Positions 46,121 through 55,940 of a stretch of DNA of 64,000 nt are shown piece after piece (within the stretch, counting starts at the first letter, position 1; each line of letters opens with the position of its first letter). Below the pieces are notes generated by a model. That model was not told where the DNA came from. It searched no databases and saw only the letters and a list, made by a program, of their open reading frames with translations. Both the position numbers and the translations under genes were made by a program. The DNA is from a virus: the IMG/VR virus record IMGVR_UViG_3300050343_000215, positions 32,001 to 96,000 of that record; one strand, 5' to 3'.

Positions 46121-46797
46121 TACTCTTTAATATATCCGAAGTCTACCAGATACTTTCTGGTAAGAGGTGTGGGTTCATATTCAGTCCACATCTGACCAGC
46201 CGCACAAGCATTCAATGCATTCATAGTCATGTGTTCAGTCTTACCTGCCCACATTGCTTCCTTCTCCCACGGAATTGCTGCTGGTTGCATTGCATATGTT
46301 CTACGTGTCATCTCTTGCCACATCTCAGGGACAGCATCTTCGGGTAAGATAATAGCAATCAAACTATTGTCAATCGTTCCTGCCATACAATCCTGTGCAG
46401 CGTGCCATCCTTCATGACGCATGACACTCATGAGCACATGAGGACGACCCATGAATGTTTTGTTTAGATAGAAGTTATTACTTACCGTATGGTAGACACC
46501 ACGATTTCCTACTGGAAAATACTTTTCGTCAGCAAGATATACACCCACACCAACATGGTTCAGTGAAGACATCATATGATTAAACTCTTGTGCCACTGAA
46601 GTAAATGCTTCAGGGTTATCATAATTTGAAGAAACGTCTAACAAAGAATTCACTTTAGTTACATCATCAGTGCATTCTTGAAGAAGCATACACCCCATTG
46701 AATGACTGGTATAGTAATCATCCTTTCCAATAGGGTCTGCCATTGCAGGAATAACTAAGGTAGCTGCAGCAAGTGCAGCAAATAATGTTTTGATCAT
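46120..46797 (-). CDS. Secreted HExxH metallopeptidase-like protein
   Basis: Signal peptide; MRHEGWHAAQDC..WEKEA. Confidence 0.65.
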   Translation of the reverse strand: MIKTLFAALAAATLVIPAMADPIGKDDYYTSHSMGCMLLQECTDDVTKVNSLLDVSSNYDNPEAFTSVAQEFNHMMSSLNHVGVGVYLADEKYFPVGNRGVYHTVSNNFYLNKTFMGRPHVLMSVMRHEGWHAAQDCMAGTIDNSLIAIILPEDAVPEMWQEMTRRTYAMQPAAIPWEKEAMWAGKTEHMTMNALNACAAGQMWTEYEPTPLTRKYLVDFGYIKE

Positions 46798-46799
46798 AA

Positions 46800-47132
46800 T
46801 TAGTTCTGAAAGGTTTTAATGAAGTACTCAGCGTCAATTACTACTAAAGGTTTCTTACCATTTTTTTTGATAATTACAATAGGTTCATAATCACCGCAAT
46901 TGGATGCCGATTGTTCGTAAGCATCCCAGACATTTAGTTTCTCCACGTTCTTGCATTCTACACTATGGGGGAACTTTTGTCTAGCTGCTCTTGCCATAAT
47001 GAGATCTTCTCCACCAGCACCCATTGATCTAGATTCAATGTCCTCAGGATGTACGCTAAGATGTTCAATCAATTTATCCCTAACCCACTGCTGTAACTTT
47101 CTACCCTTCGCTTTAGCACTCTGTGGTTTCAT
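46800..47132 (-). CDS. PD-(D/E)XK resolvase-like nuclease
   Basis: SAKAKGR..GEDL..SVECKNVE. Confidence 0.75.
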   Translation of the reverse strand: MKPQSAKAKGRKLQQWVRDKLIEHLSVHPEDIESRSMGAGGEDLIMARAARQKFPHSVECKNVEKLNVWDAYEQSASNCGDYEPIVIIKKNGKKPLVVIDAEYFIKTFQN

Positions 47133-47168
47133 AAAAAAATACCCCCATCATATGATGAAGGTATTTAG
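47133..47168 (-). terminator. Terminator with CTAAATA in its 5' arm
   Basis: CTAAATACC-TTCATCATATGATGG-GGGTATTTTTTT. Confidence 0.7.
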
Positions 47169-47169
47169 A

Positions 47170-47316
47170 TTACATTAAGATGTCATCCCACGGATCTGGT
47201 ATCTGTACTTTATCGCCTGTAAGTGGAATGCCTGAGCCAGACTTGACGGACCTAGTTTCAGTAATGTCCACTCTTCCTCTGTCAGTTTTGGGTCTGCTAA
47301 TGCTAACAGTTTCCAT
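47170..47316 (-). CDS. Small hypothetical protein
   Basis: METVSISR..IPDPWD. Confidence 0.45.
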   Translation of the reverse strand: METVSISRPKTDRGRVDITETRSVKSGSGIPLTGDKVQIPDPWDDILM

Positions 47317-47329
47317 GGTGGTGGTGTTT

Positions 47330-48520
47330 TCACAGTTGAAAATTAGCGAAAGTATCTTTCTTAACATCCTGCTTAATTCCTCCAACAATGTAACTTTCAT
47401 TCTCAGTTTCCTGAGGTGCTACCTGAAGACCTTTAGAAGAGATCCAATGCTCAGTCCATGGTAGTGGATTATTTCGTGCAGCAATATCATAAACTGGTTT
47501 CAGACCGATTGCTTTCATACGACGGTTGGCAACCCACTCAACATACTGTGTAAGAAGTTTAGCATTAAGACCAATCATAGAACCTTCTTTGAACAAATAG
47601 TCTGCCCAGACACGTTCCTCACTTACCGCTGTCTCAAATGCTTGATAACACCATTCTGTTTCTTCTTCAGCGATGCGAGCCATGTCTGGATCGTCTCCCT
47701 GTTTCCATTTATTGATAATGTTCTGTGTAAGAACAAGATGTTGGTTTTCGTCTCTGGCGATGAGAGAGATGATTTTAGCGGATCCCTCCATGAGTTTAAG
47801 CTCTCCAAAAGCAAATGAACAGGCGAACGAGACATAGAACCGGATTCCTTCAAGGATGTTGACATTCATAACAGCGCGAAACAACTTACGCTTGAGTTCG
47901 TAGAGGTCATCCTCTGCGAGGGGAACTCCATCAAGATTGTGTTCCCACATTCTACCGCTACCATATTCTTGAGCATGATTAATAAACTCATCATACGCTT
48001 TGGTAACAGTCTCAGCGCGTGATATAATCATATCATCTTCTAGGATGGTGTCAAGCACTTCTGCTGGATCAGCATAAACATTTTTGATTACATGAGTATA
48101 TGAACGACTGTGGATCATCTCCATGAAACCCCAGACTTCCATACATGCTTCTAGTTCAGGCAGAGAACAGTAGGGAATGAATGCCATACCAGGAGCACGT
48201 CCCTGAACTGAGTCAAGCATGATCTGATACTTCAGATTAGAAGTAAAGATATGCTTTTGTTCTGGACGCAACGATTGGTAATCACCCCGATCTTTTTGTA
48301 GGGAGACCTCTTCAGGACGCCAGAAATATCCCAGTTGTGTTTGCGTTAATCTATCAAATACTGGATACTTATATTGATCATAACGCTGCACCCCCAGAGG
48401 AGCACCAAAGAACATAGGTTGCTTTAATGTATCAACTTTATCCTTATTGAATACTGTCATTCCTTTAACTGTTGACATATCGTTACCTGCTGTACCTGTT
48501 CTAAAGTTTACACGATTCAC
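47330..48520 (-). CDS. nrdB: Ribonucleotide reductase class Ia beta subunit
   Basis: FWRPEEV..LDSVQ..EMIHSRSY..LEGIRFY..DENQH..APQETE. Confidence 0.97.
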   Translation of the reverse strand: MNRVNFRTGTAGNDMSTVKGMTVFNKDKVDTLKQPMFFGAPLGVQRYDQYKYPVFDRLTQTQLGYFWRPEEVSLQKDRGDYQSLRPEQKHIFTSNLKYQIMLDSVQGRAPGMAFIPYCSLPELEACMEVWGFMEMIHSRSYTHVIKNVYADPAEVLDTILEDDMIISRAETVTKAYDEFINHAQEYGSGRMWEHNLDGVPLAEDDLYELKRKLFRAVMNVNILEGIRFYVSFACSFAFGELKLMEGSAKIISLIARDENQHLVLTQNIINKWKQGDDPDMARIAEEETEWCYQAFETAVSEERVWADYLFKEGSMIGLNAKLLTQYVEWVANRRMKAIGLKPVYDIAARNNPLPWTEHWISSKGLQVAPQETENESYIVGGIKQDVKKDTFANFQL

Positions 48521-50807
48521 AATCTTCCTCCTGAGCGTTTTCTAATTGACTGATTAAATTTTCTAAACTTTCTTTGACATCCTCTTTATACTCGTCGGTC
48601 TTAATATCATATGTGTTTTGATAATAAGAAGTTTTCCAACCGTACTTATAAGTTGTGAGGAAGTCTTGTGCCATTACTGAGACAGGAACCTCATTGTCTT
48701 TGTAGTTCTCTGGATTATAACTCCAATTGCCAGAAATTGCTTGGTCAAAGAACTTCTGCATCAGAGAAACAATTTTAATGTAACCACCATTGTCAGGCAT
48801 CTCCCAAAGCAGAGTATAATTGTTCTTCAACGTAGTATATTGTGGAACAATCTGCTTAAGAACCCCCTTTTTACTTTTCTTAATGGACAGAAAGGCTCTA
48901 GGTGGCTCAATTCCATTTGTTGCGTTTGACACAACGGAACTGCTCTCCGATGGCATCTGAGCGGACAGTGTTGAATGTCGTAATCCGTGGGTGGCGATAG
49001 ACGCCCTAAGAGAATCCCAATCATAGGTTAGTTCGTTAGGTACAATATCATCAACATCCTTCTTATAGGTGTCAATAGGGAGGATGCCATCACTATACTT
49101 GGTGCGGTGGAAGTATTCACATGATCCTTTCTCCTTAGCAACTTCATTAGAAGATTTTAGAAGGAAGTATTGGAATGCTTCAGACAGTTCATGTACTGCT
49201 TTCCAAGCACCAGGATCATCGTAATGCTCGCCCCTGCGAGCGAGATAATGTGCAAGACCAATAAAACCAATACCAAGAGATCTTCGTGCCTTTGTAGACC
49301 GTTCTGCAGCAAATACAGGGTATTCTTGATAGTCAATCAATTCCTCAAGAGCACGGACAGAAAGATCACAGAGTTCTTCCATTTCAGAAAGTTTATGAAT
49401 CTTACCTACATTGATAGCAGACAAGATACACAAAGCAATCTCACCACCAGGATCATCAATGTGAGTAAGTGGTTTAGTAGGCAGTGTAATCTCCTGACAA
49501 AGATTACTCATATAAACTTTATCTTTAAATGAAGAATGCTCATTGCAGTGATCAATGTTCATGATATAGAGACGACCAGTCTCTGCACGTTCTTTCAAAA
49601 GATCTAGAATAAGTTCTTGAGTCTTGATAGTCTTCCTTGGAATGAGTCCATCAGATTCATAATGTTGATACAGAGCATCAAAGTTGTCAGTGCCAAAAGC
49701 ATCAAAAAGACCTGGAACATCGTGAGGTGAGAAGAGTGACATCTCCTCATCTTTGATGAATCTTTCATAGAAGAGTTTTGAGATTTGGATTGAGTAGTCA
49801 AGTTTTCTGACACGATTATCCTCTGTACCTTTGTTGTTCTTCAGGACAATAATATCTTCTATTTCTTGGTGCCAGATTGGGAAGTGGACGGTTGCTGATC
49901 CTCCACGAATCCCATTTTGCGTGCAGCATCGTACAGTTGATTCAAACTTCTTAAGGAATGGAACAACACCTGTGTGTGCAACTTCTCCTCCTCGGATCTT
50001 AGCATTGATGCCACGGATTCTACCTGCGTTGATACCAATTCCCGCCCTCTGAGCAACATAACGACCAATAGCCATGTCGCTGCTAAAGATGCTATTGAGG
50101 GAGTCATCAGAATCAATAAGAACACAGCTTGCAAATTGTCGCAGTGGTGTTCGGACTCCTGCCAAGATTGGCGTTGGGACGTTGATTTTGTGTTTGCTGA
50201 TTGCGTTGTAGTATTTTCTGACATATTCTAGTCTAGTTTCCTTAGGATAATCTGCAAAAATTGTGGCAGCAACAAGAATATATGCATACTGTGGGGTCTC
50301 ATAAACTCTATTAGAACTTCTATCTTGCACCAGATACTTATCTGCTACTTGACGTAGACCAGCATAGGTGAACAAATAGTCGCGACCATGATCAATAAAT
50401 TTATCAATCTTGTCCCACTCCTCGTCAGAATATTTATCAATAAGATCTTGATCGTAGATACACTTTGAAATTCCTTCAGTCAAATGAGATTTAATTTCAG
50501 GAAAACCTTCCTTCCAGTCTGGTCCAAACACTTGCTTGTAAAGACCAAACAATAGCAGACGAGCTGCCACAAATTGGTAATTAGGATTATCTAATGAAAC
50601 TAAATCACTAGCAGAACGAACAAGAATCTCTTGGATATTATCTGTGCTAATACCATCATAAAATTGAAGACCAGAATTCATTTCTACTTGACTAGCAGAT
50701 ATCCCCCCAAGTCCTTCACATGCACACTCAACCATTAAATGAATCTTTTCCAAGTTGAGTGGTTCAATCTCACCACTACGCTTAACAACTTTGATTCCGT
50801 TACTCAT
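48501..50807 (-). CDS. nrdA: Ribonucleotide reductase class Ia alpha subunit (no intein)
   Basis: ATP cone, FASCV, SNLCQEI, KTSYY, CESCKL. Confidence 0.97.
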   Translation of the reverse strand: MSNGIKVVKRSGEIEPLNLEKIHLMVECACEGLGGISASQVEMNSGLQFYDGISTDNIQEILVRSASDLVSLDNPNYQFVAARLLLFGLYKQVFGPDWKEGFPEIKSHLTEGISKCIYDQDLIDKYSDEEWDKIDKFIDHGRDYLFTYAGLRQVADKYLVQDRSSNRVYETPQYAYILVAATIFADYPKETRLEYVRKYYNAISKHKINVPTPILAGVRTPLRQFASCVLIDSDDSLNSIFSSDMAIGRYVAQRAGIGINAGRIRGINAKIRGGEVAHTGVVPFLKKFESTVRCCTQNGIRGGSATVHFPIWHQEIEDIIVLKNNKGTEDNRVRKLDYSIQISKLFYERFIKDEEMSLFSPHDVPGLFDAFGTDNFDALYQHYESDGLIPRKTIKTQELILDLLKERAETGRLYIMNIDHCNEHSSFKDKVYMSNLCQEITLPTKPLTHIDDPGGEIALCILSAINVGKIHKLSEMEELCDLSVRALEELIDYQEYPVFAAERSTKARRSLGIGFIGLAHYLARRGEHYDDPGAWKAVHELSEAFQYFLLKSSNEVAKEKGSCEYFHRTKYSDGILPIDTYKKDVDDIVPNELTYDWDSLRASIATHGLRHSTLSAQMPSESSSVVSNATNGIEPPRAFLSIKKSKKGVLKQIVPQYTTLKNNYTLLWEMPDNGGYIKIVSLMQKFFDQAISGNWSYNPENYKDNEVPVSVMAQDFLTTYKYGWKTSYYQNTYDIKTDEYKEDVKESLENLISQLENAQEEDCESCKL

Positions 50808-51784
50808 ACTTTTTTCCAGGCGTTTAATTTGATGGTTGCTTCTAAACCGCAGTAGTTGTTAGAGTCTACCACTCTTTGCACGTCATGTCCAGACATTATC
50901 ATGTCATTCAGATCTTTCTCCTTAATGGTGCTTGGCCAAATGACTATCTGATTTCCAGACTGAATAAGTTTTTCATACTTTTTCACAATTTCATAGTTTC
51001 TTGGTTCATTGTCAAGTACATAAACGATGTCATTAAACTGAGTGTCATCCAGTGTAACGTCAGATCCACACATGGCAATTGCATTTGATAAGAATAAGGA
51101 ATCAAATGGTCCTTCTGTGACATATACTTTTTCTTTATTGTTTACTCTATCAAGCCCAAACAATTTAGGATAATCTTTATCCAAAATTGTAGTAATATAT
51201 CTCAGTTTCGTATTCCGATCTAGAGATCTTCCTTGATACCCAAACACCTTACCATCATTAGAAATTAAGGGGATGATAATTCTAGATTCTTTCTGGTTAT
51301 TACTGAGTTTTGCCCAAGCATTGAAGTCTTCTGCGTAGTAAAAAATTGAGAATAAATCCTCTGGAATTTGGCGCTGACTTAAGTATACTTTTGCGGGATG
51401 TTCTTTATTTAGAAAATTTATTTTTTTAAGATTTGAAAATATATTGGTATTAAATTTTGGTTTTGGGATGTCAAATTTAGGGGCAGGAGTGTTACTAGAT
51501 TTGCCCGTCAGACCCTCCTTATATCGCTCCAGAATGTATTCATCATGCAATAGAGGATTCTGATCCTTCAGAAAATTTGTGAAGGTTCTACCCATGCCAC
51601 AGTTGTGACATTTAAAAAAGTAATCATTACGCTTCCGATAAAAATAACCCCTAGTTTTATTGCGGTGCTTCTGTGAGTCACCGCAGTAGGGGCATCTGAA
51701 TGTATACAGATCTGATTTCTTTTTTGCAAACTTTACTAACTGAGACGAAATAAGACTAATATATTTCGCATCAAGATATATCAT
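50804..51784 (-). CDS. gp61: DNA primase gp61
   Basis: FRCPYCGDS..FKCHNC..VTEGPFDSLF..VLDNE..KDLND. Confidence 0.95.
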   Translation of the reverse strand: MIYLDAKYISLISSQLVKFAKKKSDLYTFRCPYCGDSQKHRNKTRGYFYRKRNDYFFKCHNCGMGRTFTNFLKDQNPLLHDEYILERYKEGLTGKSSNTPAPKFDIPKPKFNTNIFSNLKKINFLNKEHPAKVYLSQRQIPEDLFSIFYYAEDFNAWAKLSNNQKESRIIIPLISNDGKVFGYQGRSLDRNTKLRYITTILDKDYPKLFGLDRVNNKEKVYVTEGPFDSLFLSNAIAMCGSDVTLDDTQFNDIVYVLDNEPRNYEIVKKYEKLIQSGNQIVIWPSTIKEKDLNDMIMSGHDVQRVVDSNNYCGLEATIKLNAWKKV

Positions 51785-52208
51785 AATGTAAGGGGGATTC
51801 AATCGTATTCATACTAGCAGATTGAGCAGAGGGTGTCAAGCGGTTATAGACAGGAAATATAATTTGTGCAATAACCCCAAGTGTCGCGAGCACAGCACCT
51901 GCACCCACTACAAACTTTTGATTTGAGTCTACCTTCTTCTGCATTTTATCAATTCTTTCATGTAGAATTTTATGATTTCTTTCTTCTTGTTCCTTCAATT
52001 CATCAATCATTTTGATGATAAGATTGTCAGTTCTCTCACTCTCATCTAGTCTGTTCTCATGGCGCTCCAAGATAACAGCAATCTTGTTACTGTTATCAGA
52101 GATTGTGCCTACTGCTCTTTCAAGCTTGTCAAGCATCTCTTTAGAGAGATCTTCATAAATGTCAAGTTTTGATTCTAAAACTGCTAATCTACCAAGACCG
52201 AAGGGCAT
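51771..52208 (-). CDS. Coiled-coil protein with C-terminal TM
   Basis: AVLESKLD..ILERHE..VGAGAVLA. Confidence 0.75.
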   Translation of the reverse strand: MPFGLGRLAVLESKLDIYEDLSKEMLDKLERAVGTISDNSNKIAVILERHENRLDESERTDNLIIKMIDELKEQEERNHKILHERIDKMQKKVDSNQKFVVGAGAVLATLGVIAQIIFPVYNRLTPSAQSASMNTIESPLHYDIS

Positions 52209-52209
52209 A

Positions 52210-52953
52210 TCAGACCTGCGACGGATCAAATCTCATAATCTGAAGAAACGATTCTACGCTCTTATTCATTAGGAAACGATACTGATCTTGACGTTCCGTG
52301 TCAAGTGCTTCAAAAGTAGAAACCATTCTCTTAGCAACGTCGCTATTAACTCTCAGTGAACGACCATCCTTAAACTGGATATGTCCTTCTACTTCCTGAT
52401 TGCCATAGGTATTTTCTTGAGCAAGTTTCAATAGGGTGCCAAGAACTTCTACGCCAGGTGCCTGAGTTCCTGCCGATTCTGATACTTGCTTCTGAAGTGA
52501 ACTAGACTTCTCAGATGCTTTCTTTCTAAAATCAGACAAACGTGCCTTCATCAGAGTATCCATCTCCTTAGTCTTACTTTGCATTTTGCCTTTGGCATCC
52601 TGCGCTTTCTTCTGAACTTCTTTTTGCTTGTTCAGTTTCTTCTGCTGAGCAATTTGCTTTTGAGCTCTCTCAGTTTCGGATGGACCCTTCTGCTTATCGT
52701 CAGCTTCAGTAATGTGTTGTTCTTGTGTCATTTTTTTCTTTGCCTTCTTGTCTCGGTTGGTTAAAATACGGTTTACAAGTTTACGACCTGCTTTTGTCCT
52801 ACCATCATACTTCTTTTTTTTCTTACTGGCAGGAATACCAGGAGGTTCATGTGCAGGAGGTAGTGCTACATTAGCACCGGAACCAACAGAATTTGTTGGT
52901 TCTTCCCACATTTGATATCTCGCTTGTTGTAGAAGTTTTCTAATGTTTTTCAT
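52210..52953 (-). CDS. Hypothetical basic coiled-coil protein
   Basis: 247-aa ORF. Confidence 0.75.
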   Translation of the reverse strand: MKNIRKLLQQARYQMWEEPTNSVGSGANVALPPAHEPPGIPASKKKKKYDGRTKAGRKLVNRILTNRDKKAKKKMTQEQHITEADDKQKGPSETERAQKQIAQQKKLNKQKEVQKKAQDAKGKMQSKTKEMDTLMKARLSDFRKKASEKSSSLQKQVSESAGTQAPGVEVLGTLLKLAQENTYGNQEVEGHIQFKDGRSLRVNSDVAKRMVSTFEALDTERQDQYRFLMNKSVESFLQIMRFDPSQV

Positions 52954-53312
52954 ATCCTATTTAGTTCTTCTAAACATTTATGATCTGGTTCAACATGCTC
53001 CAGATAGTTTGGGGGCATCCTGTTTAAGTATATCAGAAAAGATTTGAGAACGGGCCAACAATTTCTTTCTATTTTAAAAAACAACAGAGGTACTGTTGCA
53101 TCATTGAATACATTAAAAAGTAAAATTAAATGATTAAGGATAAGATGATGTTTAAGTATATCAGAATTAAGATACTTTCGTATTAATTTTTTAACATACT
53201 TAAACCTCTTCAAGTCCTCATCAAATTCTTCTTTAGTTGTGCAATGTGGATTGTTATAATGCTTAATTGCAAAGAAGATATAGTTATCTTCATTCAGTTC
53301 ATCAAATCTCAT
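52950..53312 (-). CDS. Conserved T4-like hypothetical protein
   Basis: FAIKHYNNP..EFDEDLKRFKY..LILNHLI. Confidence 0.8.
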   Translation of the reverse strand: MRFDELNEDNYIFFAIKHYNNPHCTTKEEFDEDLKRFKYVKKLIRKYLNSDILKHHLILNHLILLFNVFNDATVPLLFFKIERNCWPVLKSFLIYLNRMPPNYLEHVEPDHKCLEELNRI

Positions 53313-53319
53313 CTAATTA

Positions 53320-54102
53320 TCAGGTAACAGTTAGGGTAGCAGCAGCGGAAACTACTTCAGTAGCACCAGAGTCGGTAGTAACTTTGACTCTGTACTGTCC
53401 ACCATTGTCACCAGCAACAGTTGCGGCAGTGGTAAAGGTAGCAGCATTTGCACTAGAGATGTCAGCAAAGGTTTCGCCAGCATCTGTGCTGAGTTGCCAT
53501 TGATACTCAAGTGTGCCCGATCCAGTAGAAACTGTAGCGGCAACAGTAAAGGCTGCAGTGTTAGTAGCAGCAACAGAAATATCAGCAGGTTGAGTGCCAA
53601 TTGTGATAACAGCAAGAGCATCAGCAGCAATTCTATCATCAGTAAAGTCGCCAGAAGTTCCAGAAGCAACATTCATATGTGCCAAACATTCTGCCTTATG
53701 ACGGGTTTGACCCTCAGCATCATAAGATTTATAAAGCCACCAACCAGGACCCCAGATGCCACGCAATTTGTTTGTAGCAAGTGATGCCTCAGTGCTATCA
53801 GCGAAGATGAGTTCTCCAGGTAGAGTATCACCACCTTTAATTACATAATCTGCGACTGCTTTAGGAGCAGTGCGACGAACTGCACCAGCAAGAGCAGCAT
53901 CAGTTGCTGCCACATATCCTTTATGCAGTTCAATTTCAGTGGTGCTGGTTACTTCTTTAACGATATATGATACACCGCTAAGAACCAGAATGTCTCCTAC
54001 ATCTACACTATCTGCAGCGTTCTTCGTAACAGTAGCATCATTCTGTGTGACGGCTACATTGTTAGCAAAGTTGGCGGCATCAATTTTTCCGAGAATTGCC
54101 AT
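53320..54102 (-). CDS. Virion structural protein with Ig-like domain
   Basis: PGWWLY..QPADISV..YQWQ..YRVKV..SAAATLTV. Confidence 0.8.
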   Translation of the reverse strand: MAILGKIDAANFANNVAVTQNDATVTKNAADSVDVGDILVLSGVSYIVKEVTSTTEIELHKGYVAATDAALAGAVRRTAPKAVADYVIKGGDTLPGELIFADSTEASLATNKLRGIWGPGWWLYKSYDAEGQTRHKAECLAHMNVASGTSGDFTDDRIAADALAVITIGTQPADISVAATNTAAFTVAATVSTGSGTLEYQWQLSTDAGETFADISSANAATFTTAATVAGDNGGQYRVKVTTDSGATEVVSAAATLTVT

Positions 54103-54135
54103 TGGTCTCCCTAAAAGTTTTTCTTAATCTTTTTC

Positions 54136-54167
54136 TATTTATAAAAAAAGGGGAGTAAGACTCCCCG
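54136..54167 (-). terminator. Terminator followed by a TATAAATA late promoter
   Basis: GGGAGT/ACTCCC stem, T-run running into TATAAATA. Confidence 0.7.
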
Positions 54168-54189
54168 ATCATTAGATTTTTAACAGCGT

Positions 54190-54414
54190 TCAACCGTCAT
54201 TAGTTTCCAGAGTAGCAGGATCTCTATTCTTAATTGCCTTAGTGACAACTTCTAGAAGTTGATCATCCATGTCAGTCTTTGTCAACTTAACAGCTTTAGC
54301 AAGAATAACAAGACAGATCTCAACCATCTTCTCACCGAGTTCTTCATTCTCTGGAATTTTAGAAACAGCATCGGTGATAATTTTTGATGCGAGTGGAAGT
54401 AAAAATGCTAGCAT
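54190..54414 (-). CDS. Hypothetical protein
   Basis: LAKAVKLTKTDMDDQL. Confidence 0.75.
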   Translation of the reverse strand: MLAFLLPLASKIITDAVSKIPENEELGEKMVEICLVILAKAVKLTKTDMDDQLLEVVTKAIKNRDPATLETNDG

Positions 54415-54447
54415 AATCTTATGTCAGTAGTGTTCAAAACTTATTTA

Positions 54448-55365
54448 TCAATACTTCATTTTCATTTTTTTGCTGTCGCCACAACCTTCATCTACAGTGT
54501 CTTCACATTTACATTCAGCAGTTCCATGTACCTCACATTTAATTCCTTTCTTAGAATTATTGCATTTACCTTCTTCCAATCCCATTTCAGATCTCCAATC
54601 TGAACGCTCTTCTTTCTTCATTCCAATTGCTTTGCCGATTGCCTTACGACGCTTCATAAGGTACTTATCACTCTTATCAGTATCACCATCATTATCAACA
54701 TCAGAATCTTCTTTGCCGACAGGATCAAGTCTCTTTTCATCTAAATCTTCCTCCTTCACGCAGTTAGGAACAACCTTACCGCCCTTATTCTTAGTACCCT
54801 TTGCTTTATAACCATCCCAGCAAGTATCGGCACCAACGTTCTTGCGTGCCTGCTTCATGCTGCCTTCAAATAATTTACCTGAAGAAAGTTTAGCGACAGT
54901 AGCATCCATCAGTGATGATGAATACTCATCGGAAACCTCTTGCTTATTTTCTACTTCTCCGTAGCACTCTTTTCCAGCAATGCCCTCAGAGGATCGCTTA
55001 ATTAAAGAATCCGAATAACTATCGTTGTACATTTCTTTATGGGTACTTTTTCTTTTATTTATAGATGTAGACCATTCAGGAGTCTTAGTTTTACCATACT
55101 GCTCTTTATCTTGACCGGGTGTAAGGTCCTGAAGATACTCTCTGGTCTCATCAGTTCCAAGTTCATGGACCTCGCTGATATCAGAAATCCAACTTCTAAA
55201 AGTCTTATGATCTTCACCTAAGCAAATAACATAGTTAGGTCCACGCCTAATAATAGTCCCCACTTGATCGTTTCCATTACGAACTTTCATTCCTTCAGGA
55301 AAGATTTCATCATTATAATACTGTTCACGAGTGTAAACCTTTGAGTATTCTGAAAAGTTATACAT
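54448..55365 (-). CDS. Hypothetical protein
   Basis: IIRRGPNYVIC..CWDGY..VPNCV..DNDGDTDKSDKYL. Confidence 0.75.
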   Translation of the reverse strand: MYNFSEYSKVYTREQYYNDEIFPEGMKVRNGNDQVGTIIRRGPNYVICLGEDHKTFRSWISDISEVHELGTDETREYLQDLTPGQDKEQYGKTKTPEWSTSINKRKSTHKEMYNDSYSDSLIKRSSEGIAGKECYGEVENKQEVSDEYSSSLMDATVAKLSSGKLFEGSMKQARKNVGADTCWDGYKAKGTKNKGGKVVPNCVKEEDLDEKRLDPVGKEDSDVDNDGDTDKSDKYLMKRRKAIGKAIGMKKEERSDWRSEMGLEEGKCNNSKKGIKCEVHGTAECKCEDTVDEGCGDSKKMKMKY

Positions 55366-55390
55366 TAATAGTTAAATTCTATCAAACTAT

Positions 55391-55940
55391 TTAGCTGAGC
55401 ATAATATCTCTAATCTTATCCATAAGTTCTCTACAGTCTCTATCAGAAATAGTTCTAGGCATTCCTGCTCTAAATGAATTAAAGTCAGATTGAACTGCTG
55501 CTGCTCTCATCTTACTAGCAGACATACCCTCAGCACCATCAGCATCAGGATCTCTCTCACCAGCAGATACTACTTCCAAATTTCTAAATGTATATTCAAT
55601 ACCATTATACTTACTAATCATTTTATCATATGATTGTACACGATCTGATCCTGCTACTAGAACACAGTCATGATATGTTCCCTGTAATTGCTGTAATGCT
55701 TGAATAATAGTTTTAATGTGAGGGTCATATATGATATTCCTACTCATCGTAGGAAACATTTTTTGCATTACTTCAGATTTAGTTTTAGAATCTAGAGGAT
55801 TCTTCTTCTTGTCCTGTGTATGTGTAGGGGTAGATAAAGAAATCATCCTGACCAGCAATGTTCTTGACTGACAGTAGAAGTTTCTCATGTCCGATGGTTG
55901 GTGGGTTAAATCTACCCCATGCAAATACTACTCGTTTCAT
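55391..55940 (-). CDS. Cytidylyltransferase-like protein (apparent +1 C at about 55827)
   Basis: MKRVVFAWGRFNPPTIGHEKL | THTQDKKKNPL..GSDRV..SASKMR. Confidence 0.8.

Noticed and set aside
53352-54127. Overlapping ORFs in the Ig-domain gene
   Set aside because: Products of GCT/GCA codon runs in alternative frames.
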